This document shows, in pieces, positions 13,016 through 29,716 of a stretch of DNA of 64,000 bases; position 1 is the first letter of the stretch; every line of letters begins with the position of its first letter. Source of the stretch: the human T2T-CHM13v2.0 reference genome, Homo sapiens; NCBI RefSeq assembly GCF_009914755.1, contig NC_060935.1; one strand, written 5' to 3'. The translations under genes were made by a program, and so were the position numbers. Below the pieces are notes generated by a model. That model was not told the DNA's origin and ran no database searches. It saw only the letters and a list, made by a program, of their open reading frames with translations.

Positions 13016-13460
13016 CCTATGACTTTCTTATAACCAAGAGAATATGGCAGAGGTGATGGGATGTAGTGATTATGTTAGATAGGATGTTAAGTTGTCTTGC
13101 TAGGAGGCTGTCTGTCTTGCTGGCTTTGAGGATGTGAGCTGCCATGTCATGAGTGGCCAGATGGAGAGGCCCATGTGGCAAGAAGCTGAGGGCAGCAAGA
13201 AACTGGGGCGCTGAGTCCAGCAGCCTGCAAGGAACTGAATGCTGCCAACAACCAGATGAGCCTGGAAGCAGACCAATCACCAGTCAAGCCTCCAGATGAG
13301 AACTGAGCACTGGCTGACACTATGGCTGCAGCCTTGCACTGAACCCAGCTGAGTCATGCCTGGATTCCTGACCCACAGAAACCATGCAGTGATAACTGTC
13401 TGCTGTCTCAAGCCACAAAGTTTGCAGTAATATTGTTGCACAGCAATAGATAACTAATAT
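13016..13460 (+). mobile_element. MLT1E/F-like MaLR LTR
   Basis: ggcccatgtggcaagaagctgagg motif and a terminal cagcaatagataactaata. Confidence 0.7.
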
Positions 13461-13716
13461 AAAAACTGTCCTATATCATGTACATTACTGAGCAAAATGT
13501 AGAACCTGGATTTGAGCTCTGATTTCAGAGGTGTGGTCTCAGTCTCCCCAGGGAGACCTGTCCTGGGAGACAGTTATGCCAGGCTGTGATGCTGTGATGA
13601 TTGTTCTCTTCCTACCCAGAAGCTTTCAATAGGCATGTCAAGCATGTGACCCCAGCTATATACCAAATGTATTTCTGACAAATGCCAGGACATCTTGAGC
13701 TTTCTTGTTTTACTGA

Positions 13717-14099
<383 letters not shown>

Positions 14100-14332
14100 T
14101 GAAAGGAAAGAGCAAACACAGGGGAAACATAGGGGTGTTCAGAAATAGTTCCCAGGTTACTGCCTGTTTCAATATGTACAGTCCTCGGCCCCACCCACAA
14201 GATTCTGACTTGGCAGGTGAGAGTTGGAGATGGGGGAGCTACCTGGTTACGAGGGATCCCAGTTCATTTTGAGGCAGCTGGTTGTTAGACTGCATTGTAA
14301 AAATTACCCCCCAAAGATTGGAAAGGATAATT

Positions 14333-14460
14333 TATGTATTTTTAATAGAGATAGGGTTTCACCATGTTGGCCAGGCAGATCTCCTACTCTCAGCCTCAGG
14401 TGATCCACCCGCTTTGGCCTCCCAAAGTGCTGGGATTACAGGCATGAGCCATTGCTCCTA
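14333..14460 (-). mobile_element. Alu left-arm fragment
   Basis: Linker and left arm only. Confidence 0.85.
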
Positions 14461-14464
14461 GCAG

Positions 14465-14750
14465 TATTTTTTTAATGAGGCAAAATTCACATAACACATA
14501 AGTCCCTGTATGAAACCATACACTTCAGTATCATTAAATACATTCACAATGTTAAGCAATCATCACCTCTGTCTAGTTCCAAAACATTTTCATTAACACC
14601 CCCCGCCCCCCAAAAAAATAACCCTGTATCCAATCAAGCACTCTCCATCCCCTCCCCTTTCCCCCAGTTCCTGGCAACCACTTACCTGCTTTCTGCCTCT
14701 ACAGATTTGCCTATTCTGGACCTTTCACATAAATGGAATCATGTAATATA
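14465..14750 (-). mobile_element. L1M 3' fragment
   Basis: ccaaaacattttcat...gatttgcctattctggac.tttcacataaatggaatc. Confidence 0.7.
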
Positions 14751-15151
14751 TATAATAACCAAAAGGTAGCAACAACCAAGCTGACCATTTGGCTGATGAA
14801 TGAATAAACAAAATGTGCTGTATCCATACAGTGGAAGTATTGGTGCCTACTGCATGTGGATGGACCTTGGAAACAACATGCTGAGTGAGAGAGAGCCTTG
14901 GTATCGTCTCATCTCCCCAGGAGATTCCAAGGTGCAGCCAAGGTTGAGACCCACTGACAAGCAATGGATATGGTTGGGTGCAGATGAAATAAGGCAGCCA
15001 GGGGCAGGAGGGATGTCTCATTGAAGATGACTGTTTGTGGATGCCTAGCAGGGGTGGAGATGAGGGATGATAACAGCAACCCCAATCTCAACACAGCGTG
15101 ACCGATTTTATCTTCAGCCGGCTGATACACCTCATGGGATTTGGACACAGG

Positions 15152-15391
<240 letters not shown>

Positions 15392-15488
15392 TGACTTTCC
15401 ACCTCCAGAAAATCCAAACCTTTGCCCTAGTCACAGTGGGACACCCCGGAGTTAATTTGAGAGAAATGTGCTTTTAAAAACAACTCCA

Positions 15489-15790
<302 letters not shown>

Positions 15791-16859
15791 AAACCCTCCG
15801 ATATGAACACCAAACTAGAATCACTGCATTGACTTCCCTCCACCAATCAGGAGGGGTGATGGTGATGGTGCATGAGTGCCTATTTGCATTGAGTCTTAAT
15901 GGAAAATAAGATTGTGTCACTCAAAGGAAAAACAAATCACAGCCCAGACTGGAGCTGTGGATGAATAACATGGCTGAGTGTTGGTACAGGCTTTCCACAG
16001 CAATATTAAAACTGAAAAAATCAGCAATGAAGCTCCCAGCCACATTTCTGCCAAATGATTTGGGGGAAAACAACAGAGGCACTCCTCAACTTTTCCTTCG
16101 CTGCACAAAGTGGGTTTGGCTGGAAATGCCAAATGTGCTTGTTGCTGGGATCTTTCAAATGAAAGCAAGCTGGGAGTCAATCTCCTGCAGCCGCAGGCCA
16201 GAAATGGGTTGAGACCAAACTATTATAGTCACACTGGTGCACATCTAAACAGATTTAACTCCCTCCCAGCAATCCAGATTAATTTAATATGCTTTCTTAA
16301 TGGCATTCTGCATTGCTCACTAAAGCAAATGAACCTCCATCCCTCTGTGATAAATTAGGTCAAAAAACACTCATATATTTAGGGCATAGGGAAGGAGGAG
16401 TTGTTGGCTGTTAAAAAAAAAAAAAAAGTCCTGCAAATGGCCTTTCAAAGTCTAGACATCTTCATCATCAACACAAACATTCCTCTTCACAAAAGGACCT
16501 CAAGTAACCTTAGGCTGGAGGGCCCACCTGCGTATGTTTTTCTTCTCATTCTTTCTTACCTTCCCTCCAGCCCACACAACTCACATTCAGTGGCCAAGTC
16601 ACGTGGGTTTTACCTCCTAAATCTTTCTCAGATCCTTCACTGCTCAGCCACTCTCCTGACACCACCATAAACCAAGCCACCATCACCTCCAGCTGTTTGA
16701 CTGCAAATGCCTCCAGACTGGCCTCTGCTTTTCCCTGGTCCTGTGACAATCTGCACTCCTCACAGGGACCAAAGCAATCACTTCAGAAGGTGCATCCAAA
16801 CAGATCACTCAAATTTCAATGGCTCCCTCTGCTGTGTGGGTTAACAATGATAAAAGCTC

Positions 16860-17198
<339 letters not shown>

Positions 17199-17421
17199 TC
17201 AGTCCATCCCTACATCAGCCCTTTATTTCACCAGTGGGGAAGCTGGGACAGAGAGTAGTTACGTGGGATGCTCAAGGTGGGATCACTCGTGTGAAGTTTC
17301 CACACCCTAACATGAGACCCTTCATGACCTAGCCCCTCTCTTTCTCCAGCCTCATTTCCTGATTCTCTCGCTTGCCCTGCAGGCTTCGGCCACACAAACT
17401 TCTTGAAAGTCCCTTAAATCT

Positions 17422-17712
<291 letters not shown>

Positions 17713-17859
17713 CAGTCCCTTAAATCTGCTCTATGCCTATCAACCTCAGGGACTTCACTATACTGTTCCTCACCCTGAAATGCTGTTCCTCATTTCTCCA
17801 CATAGTGAACTCATCCCACCCCTAGGCCTCTCCTTAAGTGTCATCTCTTCAAGGAAGAT

Positions 17860-18620
<761 letters not shown>

Positions 18621-18774
18621 TAAGAAAGAAAGCCTTTCTTCACCCTGTGAGACTGAGCTCCCTCTCTCCATTTATACGTTCTCTTTATGCCCTTTGCTTC
18701 TCTTTCAGAGCAATTCACGTTGACCTGGGTCACCCTCAACTTAAGGCTCATAACTCCCCTAGATCCTCAGGGTC

Positions 18775-19020
18775 CACACTAAATGTGATGAAATATGATG
18801 GAAGCCACATACTTACTTTTGCATTTTGTAGTAACCACATTTTAAAAAGTAAAACAAAAGAAGTGAAGGTAATTGGAATAATATCACAGATTTAAACAAA
18901 TCTATCCGAAATACCAGGTCTACAAGTATAAAATATTTTAACATTAACAAAATACTTTGCTTTCTTTTTATATTAAGTCTTCACAATCTAATGTGTATTT
19001 GACACTTCTCGCACATCTCA
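18775..19020. mobile_element. MER33-like DNA transposon fragment
   Basis: agtaaccacattttaaaaagtaaaa and gtgtatttgacactt...gcacatctca motifs. Confidence 0.55.
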
Positions 19021-19820
<800 letters not shown>

Positions 19821-20529
19821 GGAAACGAGATGTGGGACCGCCGCACGCAATATCGTGCATTAAAAGGATGTTCTACTCTGGAGGAAAATATCTTTGCTGA
19901 TGCCAGACCAACTTAACACAAAGAACTTTTGGTTTTTTAATGTGACTGTGTTTTATTTTACACTGTGTAATTCACTTTAGAAGGGCAAAGTACCTGTCTG
20001 GGGAAGACTATTTAATTTCCTGCATTTATTTAGAATATTGGCTAATATTATTCTGAAGGGAAATATCTCTAACAAGTGAGTGCCCCCCACATAGACACAG
20101 CTCATGAGCTCACGGGGCAAAGGAATTGAACAGCAGCCTCCTAATAGCTAGCCTTCTTTGTGGTATGGAAATAATTATCAGCATGTAAAAGACTATATAT
20201 ATATTCAACAATTCTGACCCCCTGCAAAATTCAAATCTACAATTGATTTGCTTCCTGGGCTCCTGAAAACAACTTTGTCAAAACTGTTCAGAAATAAAAT
20301 CAGCCAATCGTTGCCCCTTGGGGACGCAGGACAAAGCAAATCAGCCATGACCAATGTGGAGTCGGCCGTACACAATTACATGCAGACCTGCAGGACATCG
20401 AGTCCCTGCTATGGTCCCTCCCCAGTCAGGCCCCCATTGCCTGGGCTGCAGCCAGAAGCATTCAGGCACAAGTGCATTCAACAAATACTTATTTAATTGT
20501 ATTGGTGGTTAGAGGGCTGTTGTTGATTA

Positions 20530-20946
20530 AGGTACATTAATGGATCCATGTCCTCCCTGTATCCAAGACTCTGCCATTTGTCTCTGCATTTCCTCCCACT
20601 GAAGAATCGGAGTATATTTCTCCAGCCCCTAATGTTGGGTTTAGTCATGTGTCTAGCTTTGGCCACTGGAATATTAATCTGTATGACCAAAAACATGGAA
20701 AGTATGCATTCATTTGTGCTCACTCACTCCTGCTATCACCCTGAGAACAAGCCCAGGCCAGCCTGCTGCTTCCAGCAGAAGATAAGAGACACCAAGAGCA
20801 AAGTAGAGCTTCCCAGACATGCTCATGCTAGATTAACCAACCTCAGCTGACCCATAGATCCATGAAAATAAATGACTGTTGTATTAAGCCACTGAGATTT
20901 GGAGTGACTTGTTATGCAGCATTTTGTGACAATAAGTAACTGATAC
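20530..20946 (+). mobile_element. MLT1-like MaLR LTR
   Basis: Terminal taagccactgagatttggagtg...ttatgcagca...taactgataca. Confidence 0.7.
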
Positions 20947-21130
20947 AAGGGTCACCATCCTTTATCTCTGTAGATTTTAACCAATTTTTAATAGCTAGAT
21001 GGAGATCTTCTAGTTGCCTTTATTTATAATGAATAAGACTGTAGAGCTAGTTTGGCCTGACACTACCAGTTACCTACCCAGAAATTCAGAAATACTTTCT
21101 TCTCCAACCCACCCCAACCAACCATTACCA

Positions 21131-21424
21131 TTTTTTTTTTTTTGAAACGGAGTCTTACTCTTTGCCTAGGCTAGAGTACAAGTGGCACAGTCAGAGCTCA
21201 CTGTACCCTCAAAATCCTGGGCTCCCCTGATCTTCCCCTTCAAACTCCTACGTAGCTAAGACTACAGACATGTGCCACCATGTCTGGCTAATTTTTTTAT
21301 TCTTTGCAGAGACAGGGTCTCACTATATTGCCCAAGTTGGTTTCAAACTCCTGGCCTCAAGCAGTCCTCCTGCCTCATCCTCCCAAAGTGCTAGGATTAT
21401 AGGCATGAGCCACCACACCCAGCC
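21131..21424 (-). mobile_element. AluJ-like
   Basis: Full diverged Alu. Confidence 0.9.
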
Positions 21425-21539
21425 TCTTCTTCTTTTTAAATAGAAACCCTATTTTATTCTGACAGCGGGTTGCTTACTTTTTTTTTTTTTTTTGAAAAAA
21501 TTGGCCCAGCCCCAGGGAATAAATTGTGACTGGTCTAAA

Positions 21540-21760
21540 CAGGGTTGGCAAACTATAGACCAAGGGCCAAATCTGGCCCTCTGACTGTTTGTATAAATTA
21601 AGTTTTACTGGAATAAAACCAGGTCCATTCATTTATGCCTTGTCTACATATGCTTTAGACTACGATGGCACCACTGTGTCACTGCAACAGAGGTTATCTA
21701 GACCAAAAGCCTAAAATATTACCGTTTGCTTCTTTATGGAAAAAGTTTGCCATTCCCTAG
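21540..21760. mobile_element. MER58-like hAT MITE
   Basis: CAGGGTTGGCAAAC...GTTTGCCATTCCCT inverted termini. Confidence 0.8.
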
Positions 21761-22386
21761 TCTAAGGTTTAGATTCTGAGCGTATCATTTTATCCTAACC
21801 CCACTTACCAGTGACTGGCTCAAAACAAGTATGTGATTCCATTCTGACTGTTCTACTGAGGGAAATCCCCCTTCTTCTCATGCAGAGCTGATGAGGGTAA
21901 GTTGTATTAATAGGACATATGCTCAGGTTTTCTGAAAAATACTTTTATCTAGAAATGCATAGGAATATGCTGGTGCCTGAATGTACCATCTGGGGGCCTG
22001 GAGATTGACTCACCTGCCTCCAGAGCTAGCGCTCACACTTACTACTGAGAGGCCTGAGGAAACACCTGCCTACCCACCACCAGAACCTGCACACGTCACC
22101 TGGAGAACTAGAGATCAGCCTGCCACACACACCACCCAGGAGCCCAGTGGCACACCTGCCCACCTGGCCCAGTGCTGCCACTGCCAGCAACCAAAGAAGC
22201 CACCTGGAGGCCCAGGGATTGGCCCATGCAGACAGGCTATCATCAGTGCCCACATACACTGCCCATGGTCCCTAGTATTGACACACCTGGTCTACCACCA
22301 CTACCACTGATGCTGAAGGACAAGACTTCCAGGCATCCCCATCCTCAGCAAAGCCTCACCACAGCCTCCAATAACAACTGCAGTCT

Positions 22387-22691
22387 GGCTGGGCGCGGTG
22401 GCTCACACCTGTAATCCCAGCACTTTGAGAGCCTGAGGCAGGTAGATCACGAGGTCAGGAGTTCAAGACCAGCCTGGCCAACGTGGTGAAACCCCGTCTC
22501 TACTAAAAATACAAAAATTAGCTGGGTGTGGTGGCACGTGCCTGTGGTCCCAGCTACTCAGGAGGCTGAGGCAGGAGAATCGCTTGAACCTGGGAGGCAG
22601 AGGTTGCAGTGAGCTTAGATTGTGTCACTGCACTCCAGCCTGGTGACAGAGCTAGACTCCATCTCAACCACAAACACACAAACAAAAAAAA
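22387..22691 (+). mobile_element. AluSg-like
   Basis: Full Alu with TSD AACTGCAGTCT. Confidence 0.9.
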
Positions 22692-23734
22692 CTGCAGTCT
22701 AAGCCACTGAATAACTCACAGACACCACTCATGCCAATTACAGCTGAAGAAATCATATGCAGACTATACCACTGTACCCACCCAGAATCAAAGCCAAAGT
22801 GTGATATCCAATGAACACTGTAGATACAGCTATAAGAAAAGGTCTTTCCCATATAAAAGCCAACCCAGAAGATTGGAAGAAGTGACTGCTATGTCAGAGG
22901 CACAGATAGTCACATAAGGACGCAAGAAATATGAAAAAGGAAACATAACATCTCCGAAGAAGCACAATAATTCTCCAGCCACAGATTCGAAAGAAAAGAA
23001 AATCTATGAAATGCCTGAAAAAAATTCAGAATAATAATATTAAAGAAACTCAGGGAGATATAAGAGAGCACAGATAATGAATACAAAAAAATCAGGAAAA
23101 TAATTAATGATCTGAATGAGAAATTCAACAGGGATAGACAGCATAACAAAGAACCAAACACAAATCCTGGAAGAGATGAAATCATTGAAAGAAATACAAA
23201 AGATAATTGACAGCTTTAACAATAGACTAGATCAAGCAAAACAAAGAATTTCTGAACCTGAAGACTAGTCTTTTAAAATAATCCAGTCAGACAAAAAGAA
23301 AGAAAAAAGAATGAAGCAAGGCTATGTGACATATGGGACACATATGTGACCAAAAACTGAAATTCTGGGAGTTCTGGATGGAGATGAGATGGGTAAAGGC
23401 ATAGAAAACCTATTTAATAAAATAATAACTGAAAACTTCCTGAAAGCTTCCAAATGCAGGAAGCTCAAAGATTACCAAATAAATACAACTCAAAAAGGTC
23501 TTCTCCAAGGCACATTATGGTAAAATTGTCAAAAGACAAAGAGAAAATGCTAAAAACAGCAAGAGAAAAGCATCAAGTCACTTATAAGAGAATCTTCATC
23601 AGGCTAACAGGGGATTTCTCAGCAGAAACCTTTCAGTCTAGGAGAAAAGGGGATGTATACTACAAGTTAAAAAAAAAAAAAAAGTAAGGCAAAAATGCTA
23701 TACCCAGCAAAGCTATCCTTCACAAATGAAGAAG

Positions 23735-23895
23735 ACTGGCACAGTGGCTCACATCTGCAATTCCAGAGACTCAGAAGGCTGAGGCAGGAGGATCATTTGA
23801 ACCCAGGAGTTCAAGGCTGCAGTGAGCTATGATCATGCCACTGTACTCCAGCCTGGGTGACAGAGTGAGACTCCATTGCTTAAAAAAGAGAAAAA
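23735..23895 (+). mobile_element. Monomeric Alu (FRAM/FAM-like)
   Basis: Single Alu arm with an A tail. Confidence 0.75.
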
Positions 23896-24131
23896 ATATT
23901 TCCCAGATAAACAAAACACTGTTTGTGTCTTGTTTGTTGTGGTCCTACAAAAAATGCTTAAGGGAGTCCTACACTGGGAAGAAAAAGAACAATATCTACC
24001 ATCATTAAAATACATGAAAGTATAAAACTCATGGTAGCGCAGACACACAAAGGAGAAAGGATTCAAACGTCACCATTAAAGAAAACCACCAAACTGCAAC
24101 AATAAATAATGAGAGAAAAAAGGAACAAAGG

Positions 24132-26393
24132 TGTATTAGTCTGTTTTCACACTGCTGATAAAGACATACCTGACTGAGACTGGGCAATTTACAAAAGAAA
24201 GAGGTTTAATGGACTTACATTTCCACGTAGCTGAGGAAGCCTCACAATCACGTTGGAAGGCAAGAAAAAGCAAGTCATGTCTCACCTGGATGGCAGCAGG
24301 CAAAGAGAGAGCTTCTGCAGGGAAACTACCCTTTTTAAAACCATCAGACCTTGTGAGACGTATTCACTTTCACAAGAACAACATGGGAAAGACCTACCCC
24401 CATGACTCAATTACTTCCCACCAGGTCCCTCCCACAACATGTGGGAATTCAAGATGAGATTTGGGTGGGAACACAACCAAAGCATATCATTCTGCCCCTG
24501 GCCCTTGCCAAATCTCATTTCAAAACAAATTATGCCTTCCCAACAGTCCCCCAAAGTCTTAACTAAGTTCAGCATTAACTCAAAAGTCCACAGTCCAAAG
24601 TCTCACATGAGACAAGGCAAATCCCTTCCGCCTATGAGCATGTAAAATCAAAAACAAGTTAGTTACTTCCTAGATACAATGGGGGTATAGGCATTGGGTA
24701 AACACAGTCATTCCAAATGGGAAAAATTGCCAAAACAAAGGGGCTACAGGCCCCATGCAAGCCCAAAATCCAGTGGGGCAGTCAAATCTCAAAGCTCCAA
24801 AATGATCTCCTTTAACTCCATGTCTCACATGCAGGTCATTCTGATGTAAGAGGTGGGCTCCCATGGCCTTGGGTGAAAAAAGGCCACAGCTCCACTCCTG
24901 TGGCTTTGTAGGGTATAAACCCCCTCCTGGCTCCTTTCATGGGTTGGCATTGAGTGTCTGCAGCTTTCCCAGGCACACAGTGCAAGCTGTCAGTGAATCC
25001 ACCATTCTGGGGTCTGGAGGATGGTGGCCCTCTGCTCACAGCTCCACTAGGTGGTGCTGCAGTAGGAACTCTATGTGGGGGCTCCGACCCCACATTTCCC
25101 TTCTGCAATGCCCTAGTAGAGGTTCTCCATGAGTGCCCTGCCCCTGCAGCAAACTCCTGCCTGGACAACTAGGCATTTCCATACATCTTCTGAAGTCTAG
25201 GCAGCAGTTCCCAAACCTCGATTTTTTACTTCTGTGCACCCATAGACTCAACACTATGTGGAAGCTGCTAAGGTTTGGGGCTTGCACCCTCTGAAGCCAC
25301 AGCCCACGTTGTACCTTGGCTCCTTTTAGCTGCAGCTGGAGTGGCTAAGACACAGGCGCCCGAGGCTGCTCACAGCAGGGGGGCTCTGGGTCCAGTCCAC
25401 AAAACCATCTTTCTTCCTAGCCCTCTGGGCCTTTGATGGGAGGGGCTGCCATGAAGCTCTGTGACATGCCCTGGAGACATTTTCCCCATTGTCTTGGAGA
25501 TTCACATTTGACTCCTCGTTACTTAAACAAACTTCTGCAGCCAGATCGAATTTTTCTTGAGAAAATGGGATTTTCTTTTCTATTGCATTGTCAGGCTGCA
25601 AATCTTCCAAACTTTTATGCTCTGCTTCCCTTATAAAACTGAGGGCCTTTAACAGCACCCAAGTCATCTCTTGAATGCTTTGCTGCTTAGAAATTTCTTC
25701 TACCAGATACCCTAAATCATCTCTCTCAAGTCCAAAATTCCACAAATCTCTACAGCAGGGGCAAAATGCCACCAGTCTCTTTGCTAAAACATAACAGGAG
25801 TCACTTTTGTGCCAGTTCCCGGCAAGTTCCTCATTTCCATCTGAGACCACCTCAGCCTAGACTTTATTGTCCACATAACCATCAGCATTTTGGGCAAGTC
25901 TCTAGGAAATCTCTTCCAAAGTTTCCCACATTTTCCTGTCTCCTTCTGAGCCCTCCAACCTCTGCCTGTTTCCCAGTTCCAAAGTCACTTCCACATATTC
26001 AGGTATCTTTTAGGAACACCCCACTTCTGGTACAAATTTACTGTATTAGTCCATTCTCACACAGCTGATAAGGACACATACAAGACTGGGAAATTTACAA
26101 AAGAAAGAGGTTTAATGGACTTACAGTTCTACGTTGCTGGGGAGGCTCCAAAATCATTGCGGAAGTCAAGGAGAGACAAGTCACATCTTATAGGGATGGC
26201 AGCAGGCAAATAGAGCTTGAGCAGGGAAACTCCTCCTTTCAAAACCATCAGATCTCATGAGACTTACTCACTATCAAAAGAATAGCATGGAAAATACCTG
26301 CCCCCATGATTCAACTACTTCCCACTGGGTCCCTCCCACAACACATGGGAATTCAAGATGAGATCTGAGTGGGGACACAGGCAAATCAAATCA
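24132..26393 (-). mobile_element. Complete THE1 MaLR element (LTR 24132-24489, internal 24490-26041, LTR 26042-26393)
   Basis: Two homologous ~355-bp LTRs, an internal ORF remnant (25326-25850, CYVLAKRLVAFCPC) and a perfect TSD AAAGG at 24127-24131 and 26394-26398. Confidence 0.95.
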
Positions 26394-28570
26394 AAAGGAT
26401 ATACAAAATAACCAGAAAACAATGAACAAAATGACAGGAATAAGTCCTCACCTATCAATAATAACTTTGAATATGTGTTAAATTACCTACCTAAAAGATA
26501 GAGACAGGCTTAATGGATAAAAAATGACCCAACAATGTCTACAAGAAACTCACTTCACTTGTAAAGACACACACAGACTGAAAGTGAAGGGACTGAAAAA
26601 GATATGCCACGCAAACAGAAATCAAAAGTAATCAGGAGTAGCTAAACTTGCATCAGATAAAACAGACTTTAAGTCAAAAACTGTAAAAAGGACAAAGAAG
26701 GTCATTATATCGTAATAAAGGGATAAATTCAGCAACAAAATATAACAATTCTAAATATGCATGCAACCAACACAAGTGCATCCAGACACACATAGCAAAT
26801 ATTATTAAATCTACAGGGAGAGATAGAGTCCAATACAATGATAGTTGAGAACTTCAATATCCTACTGTCAGCATTGGACAGTTCATCTAGACATAAAATC
26901 AACAAAGAAACATTAGATTTAAGCTGCACTTTAGACCAAATGGACCTAACAGATATTTTCAGAATATTTCATCCAGCAGCAGCAGAAAACACAATCATCT
27001 CATCAACACATGGAACATTCTCCAGGATAGACCATATGTTAGGACACAAAACTAGGCTCAACAAAATTTTAAACATTAAAATCATATCAAGTATCTTCTC
27101 AGACCACAATGGAATAAAACTTGAAATCAATAACAAGAAGAAATTTGGAAACTGTACAAATACATGGACATTAAATGTGCTATTGAATGATCATTGGGTC
27201 AATGAAGCAATTAAGATGGAGATCAAAAAAATTTTTTAAACAGAAAATGGAAACACATCATGCAAAACCTATGGGATACAGCAAAAGCAGTACTAGGAGG
27301 AAGGTTTATAGCAATAAATGCCTACACCAAAAACGTAGAAAGATCTCAAATAAACAACCTAATGATACACCTCAAGGAACTCAAAAAGCAAGAACAAACC
27401 AAACACACAATTAATAGAAAGAAAAAAAAAAACAGCAGAACCAAATGCAACAGAGACAAAAAAGAAATGCAAAGAATCAACAAGATAAAAGTTGTTTTTT
27501 TTGAAAAGTTAAACAAAATTGATAAACCACTAGTGAGGCTAACAAAAAAAAGAAAGAAAGAAAGAAAGGAGACCCAAATAAATACAATCAGAAATGAAAA
27601 AGGAGACATTACAACTGTTACCAAAGAAATAAAAAGGATGATTAAAGGCTATTATGAACAACCATATCCTAACAAATTGGAAAACTTAGAGGAAAGGGAT
27701 AAATTCCCAGACATACACAGCCTACCAAGATTGAACTAGGAAGAAACAGAAAACCTGAACTGACCCAAAATGAATAGCAGGTTTGAATCAGTAACAAAAA
27801 GTCTCCCCAAAGAGAAAAGCCCTAGACTAGGCTTTTATGCTGATTTCTACCCAGTTTATAAAGAAAAACAAACACCAATTCTTCTCAAACTATTCCCAAA
27901 AATTGAAGAGGAGGGAATTCTTCCTAACTCATTGTATAAGGCCAGCATTACCCTGATATCCAATCAAGACAAGGACACAACAGAAAGAGAAAACTACAGG
28001 CCAATATTCCTAATGAATACAGATGGAAAAATTCTCAGCATAATACTACCAAGCCAAATCTAATGATGAATGAAAAAGATAATATACCATGATCAAGTGG
28101 GATTTATCCCAGGAATGCAAAGATGGCTCAACATACACAAAATCAATGCATGTGATACATCACATCAACAAGATGAGAGGCAAAAACTATCTGATCATCT
28201 CAGCAGATGCAGAAAAATCACTCGATAAAACTTACCATTCCTTCATGATGAAAACTCTCAACAAATTAGGCATAGAAGGAACACTTCAACATAAGAAAAG
28301 GCATATATGACTAATCTACAGCTAACAACCTACTCACTGGGAAAAATTGAAAAGCTTTTCCTCTAAGAACTGGAAGAAGACAAGGATGCCCACTTTCACC
28401 ACTCTTATTCAACACAGCATGGGACATCCAAGCCAGAGTGATCAGACAAGATAAAGAAATAAAAGGCATCCAAACTAGACAAGAGGGAGTCAAATTGTCT
28501 CACTTTGCAGATGACATAATCTTATACTTGTAAACAGAAAAACCTAAAGACTCCACCAAAAAACTCTTTA

Positions 28571-28884
<314 letters not shown>

Positions 28885-29377
28885 TTAAAAAAACAGATGT
28901 ATAATTCAGTAAAGCTTCAGGACACAAAGTCAACATACAAAAATCAGTGATGTTTCTATATACCAGTAACAAACTAACTAAAAAAGAAACCAAGGAAGAA
29001 ATTCTATTTACAATAGCTACAAAAATAAAATACCTAGGAATAAACTTAACCAAGGATGGGGAAAAAAAAAAAAACCTCTACAATGAAAACCACAAAACAC
29101 TGATAAAATAAATTGAGAAGACACAAACAAATGGAAAAGCATCTTATGCTCGTGGGTTGGAATTACTAATACTGTTAAAATGACCATACTACCCAAAGCA
29201 ATCTAGAGATTCAGTATAATCCCTATCAATTATATTCTTCACAGAAACAGGAAGAAAAAAACAACCCTGAAATTCATATGGAACCACAGAAGACCCCAAA
29301 TAGCCAAAGCAATACTGAGCAAAAAGAACAAAGCTAGAAGCCTCACACATCCTGATTTAAAAGTATACTGGAAAGCA

Positions 29378-29716
<339 letters not shown>

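Noticed and set aside
25326-25850. 174-aa ORF as a host gene
   Set aside because: It is the usual THE1 internal ORF remnant.
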